A stretch of 64,000 bases of DNA, taken from Octopus sinensis (Eukaryota). Under the pieces are notes generated by a model that was not told the origin of the DNA, made no database searches, and worked only from the letters and a program-made list of their open reading frames with translations. The translations under genes were made by a program, and so were the position numbers. This document shows positions 26,213-39,574 of the stretch, piece after piece; the first letter of the stretch is position 1; every line of letters starts with the position of its first letter. The stretch is from NCBI RefSeq assembly GCF_006345805.1, contig NC_043002.1, positions 101,804,001 to 101,868,000 on the forward strand. The letters run 5' to 3'.

Positions 26213-29200
26213 AATCATCCTTATATAGCAACCAGAGACAGATTCACGCTCAAATTTTGAATGCCAAATTTAATGTGTTCAAAAATTCTGGAACATCTGA
26301 AGGGTTGGTAAAGAATTTCCCGTATTTGTTTTTTTGTACGTATTCTCTTACTGACACGGTGATGTATCATAAGTAAAAAAAAACATTCATCCCATTTATA
26401 AACAGAATCCGAAGTTGAGCTTTCAAATGCCATTGACGTTGCTGTAAATAATTAGCAATAAGTTCAATCGTTCCTTCAAATTCCAATAATGCTTTATCTT
26501 ATGGATTTAGTTAGCGACTTACGAGAAGGCAGCATTGTTTTTTAAAAAAAAAAATTCGTTAGAATTCGTATAGGTTCGAATAGCCAATACCTGATATGAG
26601 CTGCTCGATTCTAATTGCACGGCTGATACACTTGTCGAGTTGCAAAAAATGTCAGACGTGGTCAGCTGTTTACTGTGGCGTCTTTCTGACAGGACAGATG
26701 TAAACTGTCTGTTCTATATGGAACCTGAGTTTATTCCATTCTGCATGTCATTGGCTATTGTCATATACCCCTTGGATTGTGTATGGTATCTAAGCAGACA
26801 TCCTACTAAATGCAAAAGGAACGCAGCAGTACACAATTCCATGGAAAAAAAAAACGTGGTCTACACATCGCATCTATTAAGCAGTATTTTACAAGATGCA
26901 AAATATAAAAGATAGTCAACATTGGTATGTATCAAACTGTTTGAACCTATTATACTAGCGTTTGTGCAATTTCATGTTACAGTGTGGTTCCACTGTCGCT
27001 TCTGTTTACACGTGTAGGAAGATGCCGCTTTCTATACAGCTCATTAAAATCGAATAAACCATTCGGTGACTGTGGCGGTCAAAACTCTACTTCTATTGGT
27101 TTCTCAAATTGCTGCAACAATGAGTCAGTCGCAGACTCTCAGAAAGATACCACTTAACAATACCAATTTGCTATCATATGTACTGAGATAATGTGTGATA
27201 AGGGTATTGATAATGATCATAATCCGAGGGCAGGATACGAAGATTATAATCCCCTGATATTATTGCGACATAAAATTAAGTTAAAAGACAGGAAGAGTGT
27301 ATTAGAGCTATTGCAATAATTCGTTGTTACATTCTCGAGAGGAAACTAAATGCATTAGTAAAACTAGAAAGGAAAATAAGGACTGATTTAGAATATACCA
27401 TTGAAAGGCTGTTACAGAAACATTCTATTTACCATAAACACGAAAGACTTGATATCTTCAACTAGTAAATATAAAGTATCTGGTGTAGGATTTCAACGAA
27501 TAAACTTATACAAATTAACATGCACAACAAAAAAACTGCTTTCGGCCTTCAATGAAAATAATTTTGAGTGTGTATATGTATACACACGACTTCGGTGGAG
27601 GCGGGGTAAGTTAATTATATCGGTGCCAGTGTTCAGAAGGTACTTATCTCGTCGACCCTGAACGATTAAAGGCAAAATCGACCTCGACGAAATTTGAATT
27701 CAGAACGTAAAGGCGGACGACATTGCAATAAGCATTTCGCCCGTCGTGCTAACGGCTTTGCCGCTTTACAGAATAAATCATTAAAAACTAATAACTGAGA
27801 TGGAAATGTAATCATGAAACCTCATGCTAAAATGTTGACAAGAATAACTATAAACAGGCTGATATCTGAGAAGACAGTTTAAAAATGAAGTGCAATTCTG
27901 AAATATTTCCTATCAATAACTACTGAAATGGTATAAGCAAAGCAAAAGTTATAAAAGCAATATGAGATTCGTAATTACCAAATATGTGTAGGCGGGGATG
28001 AAGTAGCTGATAAGATCATTTTCTCTGGGTACCAGTTTTAAGCAAAACAGGATAGAAGAATTTGGGGGATTGTTTCAGGCACTGGAATTTATACATGTCT
28101 TCAGGGGAAAATGTTGAACGATCACACAGAATAAAAGGTGAGAGAAAATGTAGAAGCTGCTATACTTTAAGATATACTCATGATATAGATATGGAGATTG
28201 AGAAAAAGCCAAGATATGAAACCCATCAGAAAGTGAAATGTCTCCAACGCAATATAATTGTTCTAACTGAAGAAACTATATCTTAGCAAGAAATGGAAGA
28301 AGTATGCAATTTCAATGATCAGGAAATAGAGATATGCAGACTAGAAACGGAAACAATTTTCATTAAATATCTTCGCAAATGGTATAGAGAAATGCGAACA
28401 GATATTTTACTCTAGGATGTACATACAAATACAATATAGAGAAGACGGGAATAACACGTACTGAACATAGACTACACAGAATATCCAAAGAACTACGGAT
28501 ATATGCACTAATAAAAGTTGCATCGATGTGATGTTGAAAGTTTTCATTATTCATTGAAAATAACTAAATATTCTAAATAATATTCAAGAGAAAAATTGTT
28601 TATTTTGTAGAAATTACCTTCCCTTCGAAAGAAGAGCAAACAGAAATTCTGCTCAGCAGCGTTTCGCCCCTCTTTAAGTTCAAATTCCGCCGTGGCCGGT
28701 TTTGCCTTTCATTCTTTGGGGACCCGATAAAATAAGTACCAGCTGAAACCTGGGGTGGGGGAGGTGATGTAATCAATTATCCCCACCCCTCAGATTTCAG
28801 GGCTTCAGCCTAGATTTGAAATAACAACAACAACAACAACAATAATAATAATAATAATAATAATAATTATTATTATTATTTTTATTACGGTGGTAAATTA
28901 GTGCAATTGCTAGTGTCGGAAATATTACTTAGCCGTATTTCGCTTATTCTACTAATACTACTACTCGCCAAATAGAAATCTAAGCACACTCACTCCCCTG
29001 CACGAACTCACGCATGTACATATATAGCTGTGCGGTGGGCAACTGCCTTGCCAATCACATGGTTCCATGTTCAGTCCCACTGCGTGGCATTTTGGGTGAG
29101 TTCCTTCTACAATAGCCTCAGTTCAATCAAAACCATATGACTGGATTTGGTTGACGGAAACTGAAAAATGCCTGTCCTACACGCACACACACACACACAC

Positions 29201-29989
29201 ACACACGCAAAATCACACACATATACACAAACACCCACACATATAAATATAAATTTAAATATATATAGAGAGAGAGAGAATGAGATAGAGAGAGAGAGAC
29301 AGAGACAGACAGACATACTGACAAAGTAATAGATAGATCGATAGATAAATATTTATGTGTGTCTGGATTTGTGTCTCTGTGATGTACCTGTAGGTGGAGG
29401 AGCTTTATACTGTTCTCTACTACGTCCCTAACGGAATACAACATAACTATATATATACATATAGGTGAGAAAGTTGGAGTGTGAAAGCACGTGGTTGAAT
29501 ATATAGAAAATAGTAAAAAGTGAAAAAACTACAGAAGGCTTGTTTTAAAAGGATAAAAAATATATATTTGAGTCATTATGTCTGAAGAATGTTATAAATT
29601 TTTTCATACAATGACATAGTTTTTAATTTCACACCTCCAGTAGATTTCTCTCAACCTTTCATCATCAATGCTTGGGTGCACCTCAAGTGCCGGATCTATT
29701 CATTGGCAGTTATCTGGACACGGTCTCTCCACAACGAGTTTCATTCTATGTCTGTGTCTTTCTATTTATTGACTACATTAGTGTTTTAACTTCCAGATCT
29801 TGAAGTAAACTCTAGTTACTCAATCCTTTCACACCCTCACCTGCACAGCCTGAAATTCAGATACTTTTCTGCTTGGAATCATTGCCACAATGATATTAAG
29901 CCGCAACTTGTGACACATCAAACTCTCATATGTGATATGAAACGGATAGGTAAGAACTCTCTTTCTCATCGAAGACACAACAAAAGATT

Positions 29990-30395
29990 CAAATTTTAGC
30001 TCAAGGCCAGAAACTTCAAGGAAGTATTTTAGTCGGTTATACAGAACCCAGTTTTCATCGGGACTTATTATATTTAGCCCAAAACGGTGACACGCAATGT
30101 AAACCTCGGCGGAATTGGAATTAAGAACGTAAAGGCGGAAGAAATGGTGCAAAGCATTTTCTCCGACGCGCCAACGATTCTGCCTGGTTAGCCATGTAAT
30201 AAGGCCAGTAATTTCAAGGGACGTATAAATCAAATATATCGTTTCCTATTTGACTGCTACTCATTTTATTGATCCCGAATGAATGAAAAGTAAAATCGAC
30301 TTCGTCGAAATTTGATCTCGGAACGTAAAGACGGACGAAATGCCGCTAAGGATTTATGCTCGGCGTGCTATCGATTCTGCCAAGGTTGCTTCCTT
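29990..30395 (-). mobile_element. Two diverged SINE family C copies
   Basis: ACCTCGGCGGAATT..AGAACGTAAAG.CGGA.GAAATG..CGATTCTGCC occurs twice. Similar relics lie at ~17190-17315, 27630-27770 and 28660-28830. Confidence 0.7.
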
Positions 30396-31179
30396 TCAGA
30401 GAAATTTATAATAAGAACAATGACAACGCGTGAGAGCAGCTACAACAACAACAACATTAAAAAAAGCCAACTGCAACAACGAAAGCCACTTCAGCAACAG
30501 AAATAGCACCAATGACCATAACAAATGTTGAGTATGATCAGCATCAGCATCATCATCATCAGTAAGGATAACAACAACAACAACAGCAATAATAACAAAA
30601 ACAACCGAAGCAATTTTAGCAACAGAAGTAGCATTAGTAAGAACAACAAATGTGAAGTGGTAGCAGTCGCAGCAGCAGTAACAACAACAACAACAACAAC
30701 AAAAATAGCAACAACAGTAACGGGAATAGCAGCAGCAGCAGCGACACAGAAGAGCAACAGCAACAATAATGACACCAACTAGAACAACGAGCAGCATTCA
30801 ATTCCCAACTCAATTTACCATTTCTATTCATTAGAAATTAAATAGTTTAATAGACAGGTGCCATTTCTAAGAAACATTAATTTCAGTTCATCGGCTTTTC
30901 ATAAAATCACGTGACTGAGGTGTGGGGTTGTTCAGAAGTCGGCTGCAAGAGAGGAAATAATTCAAATTATGAAGACTATATTAGTGGACTGTGATGGCCT
31001 ATTGATTTCTTACTTTGGCATAATGCCGGCAGTTTCGAAAGATGCTTTGTTGTCGATTGAATCAATCCAGTATATCACTGGTACTGGTACTGGTACTGGT
31101 TTCTCCGTCATTGCAGTATGATAAATTAAGGGATCCTTGTTAAAACACGGATTTCGAGAACGTAAATTTCAGTAAATTG

Positions 31180-31530
31180 TTATTCCTCTGGACAAGGTTC
31201 AAAGCAATGGAAAAGAAGACTGATATCCCCCAGATATAGATCCTTCGAAGTTTGAAGAAAATAAAACCGGGTAAGAAAACTAGACGACTTGAAAGTCCAA
31301 AGAAGACTGTTGCTGAGAATGAAGTCTACAAGGTACTTTATTTTTGTAATGCCACGTTCCATGTGTTATTACACCAGGTCATCTTGAAAGGAAGTGTGGA
31401 GAAGAGAGCAAGAGGCTGTCAAAGACATTTGTGGATTGATGCCATGAAAAAATGGTCAGGAAACTAGAAACTTTTTAGAAACCACGCATGCAGCGCAACT
31501 CGGAGGGAAATTTAGAGACTTTGATAGTCG
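31180..31530 (+). pseudogene. Decayed RTE-type LINE ORF C-terminus
   Basis: HQVILKGSVEKRARGCQRHLWIDAMKKWSG resembles the RTE G.VEG.R.RGRPR..W.D.IK.W motif. Confidence 0.55.
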
Positions 31531-32249
31531 ACCCTTGATAAAAGAAGGTTTTGGCTAATGGCTGAACGAAAATTGGTTGCGTTCGGATACAAAAGCAAGT
31601 ATTTAGGAAATATCACTGAGATGATGGACAAACGACGACAAAGAGAGGAAGATAAAAAGTATAAATGAAAGGGAAGATACATACGTATGGATATCACTGA
31701 AACTAATTCGTCTAAAGTAATCAATACAAAATTAACAGATCCCGTGATACTTAATAGTCAGTCTCTAAATATCACAGGTCCTGACCACCCAGAGCCGTAC
31801 GTCTCCATTTAGTCTCCTATACTTGCACCATTGTCATCAACTGATGTTAGCAAGTCAACAGATCGAAGACACAACAGTAATTCTTTAGCATCACCCACTG
31901 CGAAAATTGGACAGATATCAAACACCAATTACATCCAATGTTACTACCAGGTTCGCCCTTGTTTACTAAAACTTGCACTTGTAAAATTCTATCTAATTTC
32001 CTTTTGAACAGAAACTGTCAGACTGAAAATATAAGATACTGTTGTTCAGTAATTACGACTGCAGCTGCAAGAGAATACATAGGCGCTACAATCAAGAATT
32101 TCCAGAGTCACATATATGCCTTCTTCAAAAACCTCAAGTTGTACCATTCAACTTAAACCATTACTCATTACAATGGAGCATACGAAAATATGCAACACTA
32201 TACCAGCCATTCCAGATGTCATTATATTAAACATTTGCGAAGAGTAACC

Positions 32250-33223
32250 ATGCCACGCACAAAAAATTCAGCAGAACTGTCAGATTTTCAAAGAGGTCGT
32301 ATTGATGGACAATCTGAGGGTGGTCTTAGCCAGCGAAAAGTTGGCGAAAGTCTTCAAATTCCTCTTGCTACTGTTACTAGAATTATAGTGCAATTCAAAA
32401 CCCAAGGAAAAGAATCAATAGATTCTCGTCCCAGCCGACGTGGGGCCCTCGGAAAGGAAGCTTCGCTGTTTGAAGAGAATTGTGGAAAACGAACCCCGTT
32501 CGAATGCTTCTGACATTGCAAAACAGCAAGAAGTTAGTCCAAGAACATGTGTTACATATCTGCATAACCTTGTGTATTATGGACGAGCAATTAGAAGAAA
32601 ACTTCTTCAACCAATTAATATCACGAAAAGAAAGAAATGGACGAAGATGTCAGAAAAATCCAATTCATTTTGGGATAGAGTGATTTTCACAGACGAATCC
32701 AGATTTGCATTATTTTCAGCAGCGTACGTGTTTGGGTTTCGGGTTTCTCAATCAAGAATTTAATTTGAAAAGAATCCAACCAACTGTATCTCTGTAATGT
32801 TATGGGGAGCTGTCACCAGCAATGGTCGTTCTGAGCTGATCGAATGTGTTGGAACCATAAACTCTGAAAAATACATCAAAATATTAAGCAAGCACTACTT
32901 CCGATGTATTCACATGATAACATAACTAAAAATGAGTTTTTACTCATGGAAGATAGGGCTCCATGCCACACAGCGAAAAGGAATCCACAACCGCTGACTG
33001 AAAATGGGCTCAAAAAGCTTTTTTTGGCCGAGCCAATCTCCTGACTTGAACCCAATTGAAAATCTTTGAAGCATACTAGAGGAAGCTATACGAAAAACTC
33101 GACAGAAATCTAAATCTAAAGTGGGCAGAAATTCCACAAGAGACAATGACAAAGCTCATCAGTTCAATGCCAAAAAGAGTTTCTGAATTAAACACTGCAA
33201 AGGGGAGGTCAACTAAATTCTAA
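32250..33223 (+). pseudogene. Tc1-family DDE transposase, frameshifted
   Basis: N-terminal HTH (LSDFQRGRI..LSQRKVG..LQIPLATVTRII), then [53 protein letters not shown] and SMPKRV...KGRSTKF*. Several frameshifts and stops. Confidence 0.92.
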
Positions 33224-33344
33224 AGTATGTAGTCCTACTTATCGATTACATTTCAATTGTTCGCTTTGCGTATTGAATAAAAGATTTTGAAAATTAAATA
33301 TGTCTCTTTACTTCCTGCATGTCTCTGTATGTATATATATATAT

Positions 33345-33645
33345 ATATGTGTGTGTGAATATATATACACATATACATGCATATATTTCAGTACATTTAC
33401 GTATTTGTATCTATGTACACACACACACACACACACACACATATGTGTGTGTGAATATACATATACATGCATATATTTGAGTTCATTTACGTATTTGTAT
33501 CTATACACACACACACACACACACACACATATATCTATATATTATATGTGTGTGTGACTATATATATACATATACATGCATATATTTGAGTACTTTTTCG
33601 TATTCGTATCTATACACCAACACACACACACACACACACATATAT
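33345..33645. repeat. ~90-100-bp minisatellite x3 built from microsatellite blocks
   Basis: CATATACATGCATATATTT.AGT.C.TTT.CGTATT.GTATCTAT..AC(AC)n occurs three times. Confidence 0.85.
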
Positions 33646-33734
33646 GTATCTTCTTTCTTTCTTTCCTTTCCTGAGCGTCCAATAACACTATACTTGTTCC
33701 ACATCCTCGCGTTGTTGTGTTTTCATGTTTGGAT

Positions 33735-33772
<38 letters not shown>

Positions 33773-33834
33773 GAGAAGTATGCATCTGAGCAAGTGTTCA
33801 TCTGTGTAAGCTTGTGACTATCTCTGTGTCTTTT

Positions 33835-33894
<60 letters not shown>

Positions 33895-34045
33895 AATTAA
33901 GGACTGAACACGAAAAGTGGACAGTCAACATGCTAGATATAGACGTCAAATCGCCATTCACCACAAAAGATTATGTTCTCAGATCAAACTCAACACAAAA
34001 CCATAGCAATAAACAAGTGAAAAATATACGAAATAAAATAATTAC

Positions 34046-34110
34046 CCATGTACTAAATTAGTTTCAGCTGTTATTTTCCGCAAGGAAAACTGCAGCCATC
34101 ATCAGCATGG
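34046..34110 (-). ncRNA. Type I hammerhead ribozyme (array copy 1)
   Basis: Reverse complement reads CCATG-CTGATGA-t-GGCTG..TTTTCC-ttgc-GGAAAA..CAGCT-GAAACTAA-t-TTAGTA-CATGG. Confidence 0.88.
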
Positions 34111-34448
34111 TCCGTTATAAATGTAATTTGCTGGACTAGATGCAAACACGATACCGAAATATCGCGTGCATGGAGTTCAGCCTATTACATTTGAATATAT
34201 CTTTCAAATGCCTTTACTTTGGCGCGTTGGAACTAATTTTATATAAATTAATTTTATATAAATAAATATGTTCTCTAACCGATAAATTAACTGCTGCTAA
34301 TTATTAGCTGCAGTCTAGTTTTCTCGGGTTCCAACGCGCCAAAGTAAAGGCATTTGAAAGATATATTCAAATGTAATAGGCTGAACTCCATGCACGCGAT
34401 ATTTCGGTATCGTGTTTGCATCTAGTCCAGCAATTCATTTATAACGGA

Positions 34449-34513
34449 CCATGCTGATGATGGCTGCAGTTTTCCTTGCGGAAAATAACAGCTGAAACTA
34501 ATTTAGTACATGG
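34449..34513 (+). ncRNA. Type I hammerhead ribozyme (array copy 2)
   Basis: Stem I CCATG/CATGG; CTGATGA (34454-60); extended stem II; GAAAC; stem III ACTAA-t-TTAGT; cleavage triplet GTA (34506-08). Confidence 0.88.
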
Positions 34514-34945
34514 GTATTATTTATTTCGTATATTTTTCACTTTTTATTGCTATGGTTTTGTGTTGAGTTTGATCTGAGAACATAATCTTTTGTGGTGAAT
34601 GGCGATTTGACGTCTATATCTAGCATGTTGACTGTCCACTTTTCGTGTTCAGTCCTTAATTGGTATATATAATATTTTAATCTTCGGATTCTTTTTAATA
34701 TGCTAGACCATGGTCTAATTGATAATATCAATTTCTACCCTTAATTAATTTTATATAAATAAATATGTTCTCTAACCTATAAATTAACTGCTGCTAATTA
34801 TTAGCTGCAGTCTAGTTTTCTCGGGTTCCAACGCGCCAAAGTAAAGGCATTTGAAAGATATATTCAAATGTAATAGGCTGAACTCCATGCACGCGATTTT
34901 CGGTATCGTGTTTGCATCTAGTCCAGCAAATTACATTATAACGGA

Positions 34946-35009
34946 CCATGCTGATGATGGCTGCAGTTTTCCTTGCGGAAAATAACAGCTGAAACTAATT
35001 AGTACATGG
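34946..35009 (+). ncRNA. Type I hammerhead ribozyme (array copy 3)
   Basis: As copy 2, but stem III is the perfect palindrome ACTAATTAGT; cleavage triplet GTA (35002-04). Confidence 0.88.
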
Positions 35010-35254
35010 GTAATTATTTTATTTCGTATATTTTTCACTTGTTTATTGCTATGGTTTTGTGTTGAGTTGTTTGATCTGAGAACATAATCTTTTGTGGTGA
35101 ATGATGGTTTGACGTCTATATCTAGCATGTTGACTGTCCACTTTTCGTGTTCAGTCCTTAATTGGTATATATAAATATTTTAATCTTCGGATTCTTTTTA
35201 ATATGCTAGACCACTGGTCTTAATGATAAATATCAATTTCTACCCTTAATTAAT

Positions 35255-35329
<75 letters not shown>

Positions 35330-35436
35330 TGTATTCGGGACGGTCATTTCCTTTTGTCAAATAAACACACGCACTATATATATTTTCTTCATTCGCTTAT
35401 TACTGTCCTTATTTTATTATTTTAACTCATGTCTAT

Positions 35437-35481
35437 TGCCCGAAACACTTTCGTCACACATCTGTGACCTCTTCAGTGGCA
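35437..35481 (-). ncRNA. Type I hammerhead ribozyme-like motif (separate family)
   Basis: Reverse complement reads TGCCa-CTGAAGA-g-GTCACA-gatg-TGTGAC-GAAAG-tgt-TTC-gGGCA. Core and 6-bp stem II are intact; stem III is weak and stem I has one mismatch. Confidence 0.7.
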
Positions 35482-36204
35482 CTTTTAATTTTTGTGTGTA
35501 TTCTTGCTCCTCTTAATCCATCCTGTTCTTCTAAGGTGTGTATCCTTATGTGCGCATGCGTGTGTGTCCTTGTGTGTGTGTGTGTGCGCGCGTTTGTGTA
35601 CGTCTGTAAATATGCTTGTGTGTGCTTCATGGGTTTTAGCAGCAGTGTGGCCTTCCCCTCTGCAACCCCATCCTCTCACACAATTGTGCTGCTGCTGCTG
35701 TCCTACCCCCCCCCCCAAATATGGTACCGTTCCTCTATTCTTCTCTGTATGTGTGTTCGCCCACGGTGAAGCCATCGCGGTAGTCGTTGTTGTTGCTACT
35801 CCATCGGTGTCCCCCAACAATACCACCACTGCTGCTGTCATTATTAATAGTGTTGTTGACATTGTTGTGGCCGCCCGTGTAAGTTCTTGTTTGTATGTTT
35901 GTGTATGGGTTCGCTTCCTATGTTGTGTGTATCTCTCTATATATATATAACGATGAATAGCCTTCGCGTAAACTACTGGTTCGTTTTGTTCTCTTACTTT
36001 GTTATCGTCTTATAATCATCTCATAATAATGACTTTTATAACTCATATTACTACCTCAGTCAATCTAAATGTATATATTTGTCGTTACCTGTCATAAATA
36101 GCCTTTTTCTATTTGCAATATGCATTTTCGTTGAATTTTCATATTTTACCCTTACATTTCCACGTGTATTTAATATTTTCTTTTCGCAACATATTTCTAC
36201 TATT

Positions 36205-36319
<115 letters not shown>

Positions 36320-36344
36320 CATATGCTACATTACTCGATAGTCA

Positions 36345-36407
36345 AGATAAAACTCTGAGTTTCAGATGCCGAAGTGGGAATCCACGACGCCATCTCTTCG
36401 GTTATCT
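36345..36407 (-). ncRNA. Hammerhead-like motif in PLE 3' UTR/pLTR (variant core)
   Basis: Reverse complement reads AGATAA-CCGAAGA-GATG..GTGG-attc-CCAC..CATC-t-GAAACTC-a-GAGTT-TTATCT. Stems I, II and III can be drawn; the core has C in place of U4. Confidence 0.55.
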
Positions 36408-36689
36408 GGCTATTTGAAAACGCTATGAAAAAATACCGTTATACAAAGGGAAATTACTGTGTTATAACTCTGCTTGCCTGCGTACTTATACATCGCTATG
36501 TAAACGTACACATCTTCACTCGCATTTTCCGCCATAAAAAATTATATAAAAATACATAAAAATATATATAAAAAAATATATAAAAAAATATATAAAAAAA
36601 TATATACATAAAATATATATAAAAAATATATGATAGAAGGTATGATGTGGTAGAAAAACCTTCTTGGGACATAACATAGGAAGCATGTT

Positions 36690-38804
36690 CTATCTGTTTA
36701 CTTTAGGGGACCAAAAACGTAACAGAAATTTAGTCACATAGGGGCATGATCCGAAAAGTTCTGTCCTTGAGTTTAGACATGTAGTAGGGTCTAAGCTGCT
36801 TTTCCAGATAAGCCATCTCTCCATGTCGCATAGACGGCACCTTCTGCTGCCGTTGGTATAGGGCTTACATTTGGCCAAAATCTTCCAATGTATGTTATAA
36901 TCGACACCTTTATCTCTTAAAGACTAAATATGATTAGATAATTGTGTCGCTTTTCTTTTGTTTCTGTGCCTAAAGCTCAAAGTGTGGTTATTGAACCTGG
37001 CCTTGAACTTACCCTCTGTAAGGCCCACGTATTTCTTCGTCGAAACGGTGTCTTTAGTGGTTATAGAGTCTACGGTAGCTTCATATATGATGGTCTTGGA
37101 CATGCAAGCTCCATTTAGCGGGCACAATTCTTTATTCCTGCATGAACAGCTGTTTTCTTATTGTGTTTTTCTATGTTATGTCTGATTATGTTTTTAAAAT
37201 TGGTAGTGGAACTAAAACTAATTTTTAAATTGTGTCTATTGAAGAGTTTCCTATAAGTATGGTTAACTGGAAAATGTCTATCTATCAGTGCGAGGAAATA
37301 TTTACCTATATTGAAGGCCACTTCGGGTGAGTAAGGGGGTGTAAACCAGATGACCTTCCTATTTCTATTATTCCTTTTCCTTACTGTTGAGCTAGTAACG
37401 GGTGTATATTTTATTTTTTCGCTAAAACCACTATCTTTTAAAGCCTTATTATAAACTGCGGCAACACTATTAAAGATGTCCTTATCAGAAGAGAGGTTAG
37501 AAATCCTCTTACTAATATTTTGAACTAAATTTTTGAATACTATAGGGGGATGGCATGAACCTACATTAATATAACTTAGTCTATCATTGGGCTTCCTATA
37601 AGGCTTATAAATATACTTATTAAGATCTAAGGAAAGGTCTAAGAAATTGACAACCGTCAGGTTAGTATCTATAGTTATACTAAGTCCGAAGTATTTCATT
37701 AACTGGATAATATCCTTCCTAAAACGATCTTGTGCTGGTCCATTTGTATTAGCTATTAAGGCGAGGGCATCATCTTTGTAGATGGCGAAATGTACGTCAG
37801 GGAATGTCTTACCTAAGGTATCTAGGAGAAAAAATCCAATAAGATCGCAAATGCCTGCCCCATCATATGACCCCATGCTCACATCGAAAGCGCCCTCTGT
37901 GTCGGTGTTTTTGACCCACTTTGCGTTCTCACTGAAAAGTAAGGTCTTTCTAGCATGGAAGATTATGTCCTTATCATTTGTACTAATTTCTATGATGTCG
38001 CGAGCGAAGACGAGGGCTTTATCTAGCAGTTCTTTAGAGATAGAGGCATAAAAATCAACAATATCGATTTGTGTAAACCTCGCTTTTTTCTTATTCCTAA
38101 TGGCTTTAAACCAGTCTACGACTTCTATACTATTGGACCATTGTACTAGCCTAGTATCGGTCTTAATTTTCACATTTATTTTATCTAAAATTTCTTTACT
38201 AATAATCCCAAGTTCTGACTTGGCTGGGTTGATAAGCCTACATTTAGGGTTGGAAAGGAAGTTCTCTTTGTGATCTTTTATAGTAATAAAGGCCTCTTTT
38301 TGGGGGAGGGCTTCTATTTTTTTATCTAATTTAAGTTTAGCGGCGATGACGCTAGCTTCTTTATTAATTTCGTTATATGTCTGTGCCCTAGCCTTAGTGT
38401 AATTATTAATGATGCTGTTGTGTGTATTTGCTGTTAACTACCAGGTATAAGTTCTTAGTTTTGTCCGAAAAAAGTGCTTTTTTCTTGGAGCTTTTAATAT
38501 GTTTAATATCATTTTTCAATTTATGTTGGAAATTGTTAAAAGACTTACGAAATTTTATTTTGTTCATAATTTTCAGCAGGTCCGCTTCGAAATCTTCCAA
38601 GCCTTTAATCCTGGGAGGGAATTTTTTGGATTTTATACGATAGAAAGTGTTTTCCGTGGTGTCCGCTTCTGTATCAAAAAAGAAAGCCTTCCATCTCATG
38701 CGCTTAATTAGATCAGTAATTTTCTGTAGAAGTTTCTTTGAGTAAAGTTCCTTTGATGGGATCGGTATATTTTTCATAGAATAATCTATGTAATATGCAT
38801 CCAT
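36690..38804 (-). pseudogene. PLE polyprotein: reverse transcriptase + Cys-rich linker + GIY-YIG endonuclease (2 frameshifts, 1 stop)
   Basis: N-terminus YSMKNIPIP..KRMRWKAFFF, then AFITIKDHKENF..CRLINPAKSELG (read manually, ~38205-38300). RT motifs QIDIVDFYASI, FDVSMGSYDGA, YKDDAL and VNFLDL; IWFTPPYS; linker CSCRNKELCPLNGAC; IIYEA..KYVGLTEGKFKARFNNH; CRLCDMER; LNSRTEL. Frameshifts at ~38420 and ~37150-37190; TAG at 36924 replaces an expected Trp. Confidence 0.92.
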
Positions 38805-38971
38805 ATTAAATTCTTCTGTGTGTAAGAGTCCTCAACCGATGTTACGCGATAATCGTAAAAGGCCATATTAGCTCTTAGTTAAGAATATATATATATATAT
38901 ATATTTATTTATTTATATATATATATTTATTTATTTCATCTATCTCTATATTTTATATTTATCCCAAGTAT

Positions 38972-39381
38972 ACTCTTTTACTCTTTTACTTCTTTCAGTC
39001 ATTTGACTGTGGCCATGCTGGAGTACCGCCTTTAGTCGAGCGAATCAACCCCAGGGCATATTCTTTGTAATCCTAGTACTTATTATATCGATCTCTTTTG
39101 CCTAACCACTAAGTTACGGGGACGTAAACACACCAGCATCGGTTGTCAAGCGATGTTGGGGGGAAAAACACAGACACACACACACACACATACATACATA
39201 TATATATACATACGTATACGACGGGCTTCTTTCAGTTTCCGTCTATTAAATCCACTCACAAGGCTTTGGTCGGCCCGAAGCTATAGTAGAAGACACTTGC
39301 CCAAGGTGCCATGCAGTGGGACTGAACCCAGAACCACGTGGTTGGTAAGCAAGCTACTTGCCACACAGCAACTCCTGCGCC
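38972..39381 (-). mobile_element. Full-length tRNA-SINE family A
   Basis: Reverse-complement copy of 19408-19825. Confidence 0.9.
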
Positions 39382-39574
39382 TATGTTAGAAATATGTTTA
39401 TATATTTGTTTATTTAGATATTTATGTTTTCTACATCTAATGCTATTTCTCATAAGTGTCACGTGGTTAGTGTGCCTATATGTCCATTGTGTATATATTA
39501 CCCTGTACGTTTCTGTGTATCACTTACGATTTCCCCCCTCTCTCTCTTCTCATCCCTTCTGTCTTAAATCATGT

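Larger units (their letters stand above)
33891..35255. mobile_element. Inverted + tandem array of a ~497-bp hammerhead-containing unit (PLE pLTR / retrozyme-like)
   Basis: Tandem units start at 34246 and 34743. 33891-34233 is the reverse complement of ~34328-34665. The whole array is flanked by (TA)n and has no meaningful ORF. Confidence 0.88.

Noticed and set aside
33300-33329. Tc1 terminal inverted repeat pair
   Set aside because: The right end ..CTCTGTA is plausible, but no matching left TIR was found upstream of 32250.
36690-38804. Selenoprotein-type Naiad (in-frame UGA as selenocysteine)
   Set aside because: The conserved Cys codons I read are TGT/TGC and the internal stop is TAG at a Trp position; I saw no in-frame TGA.
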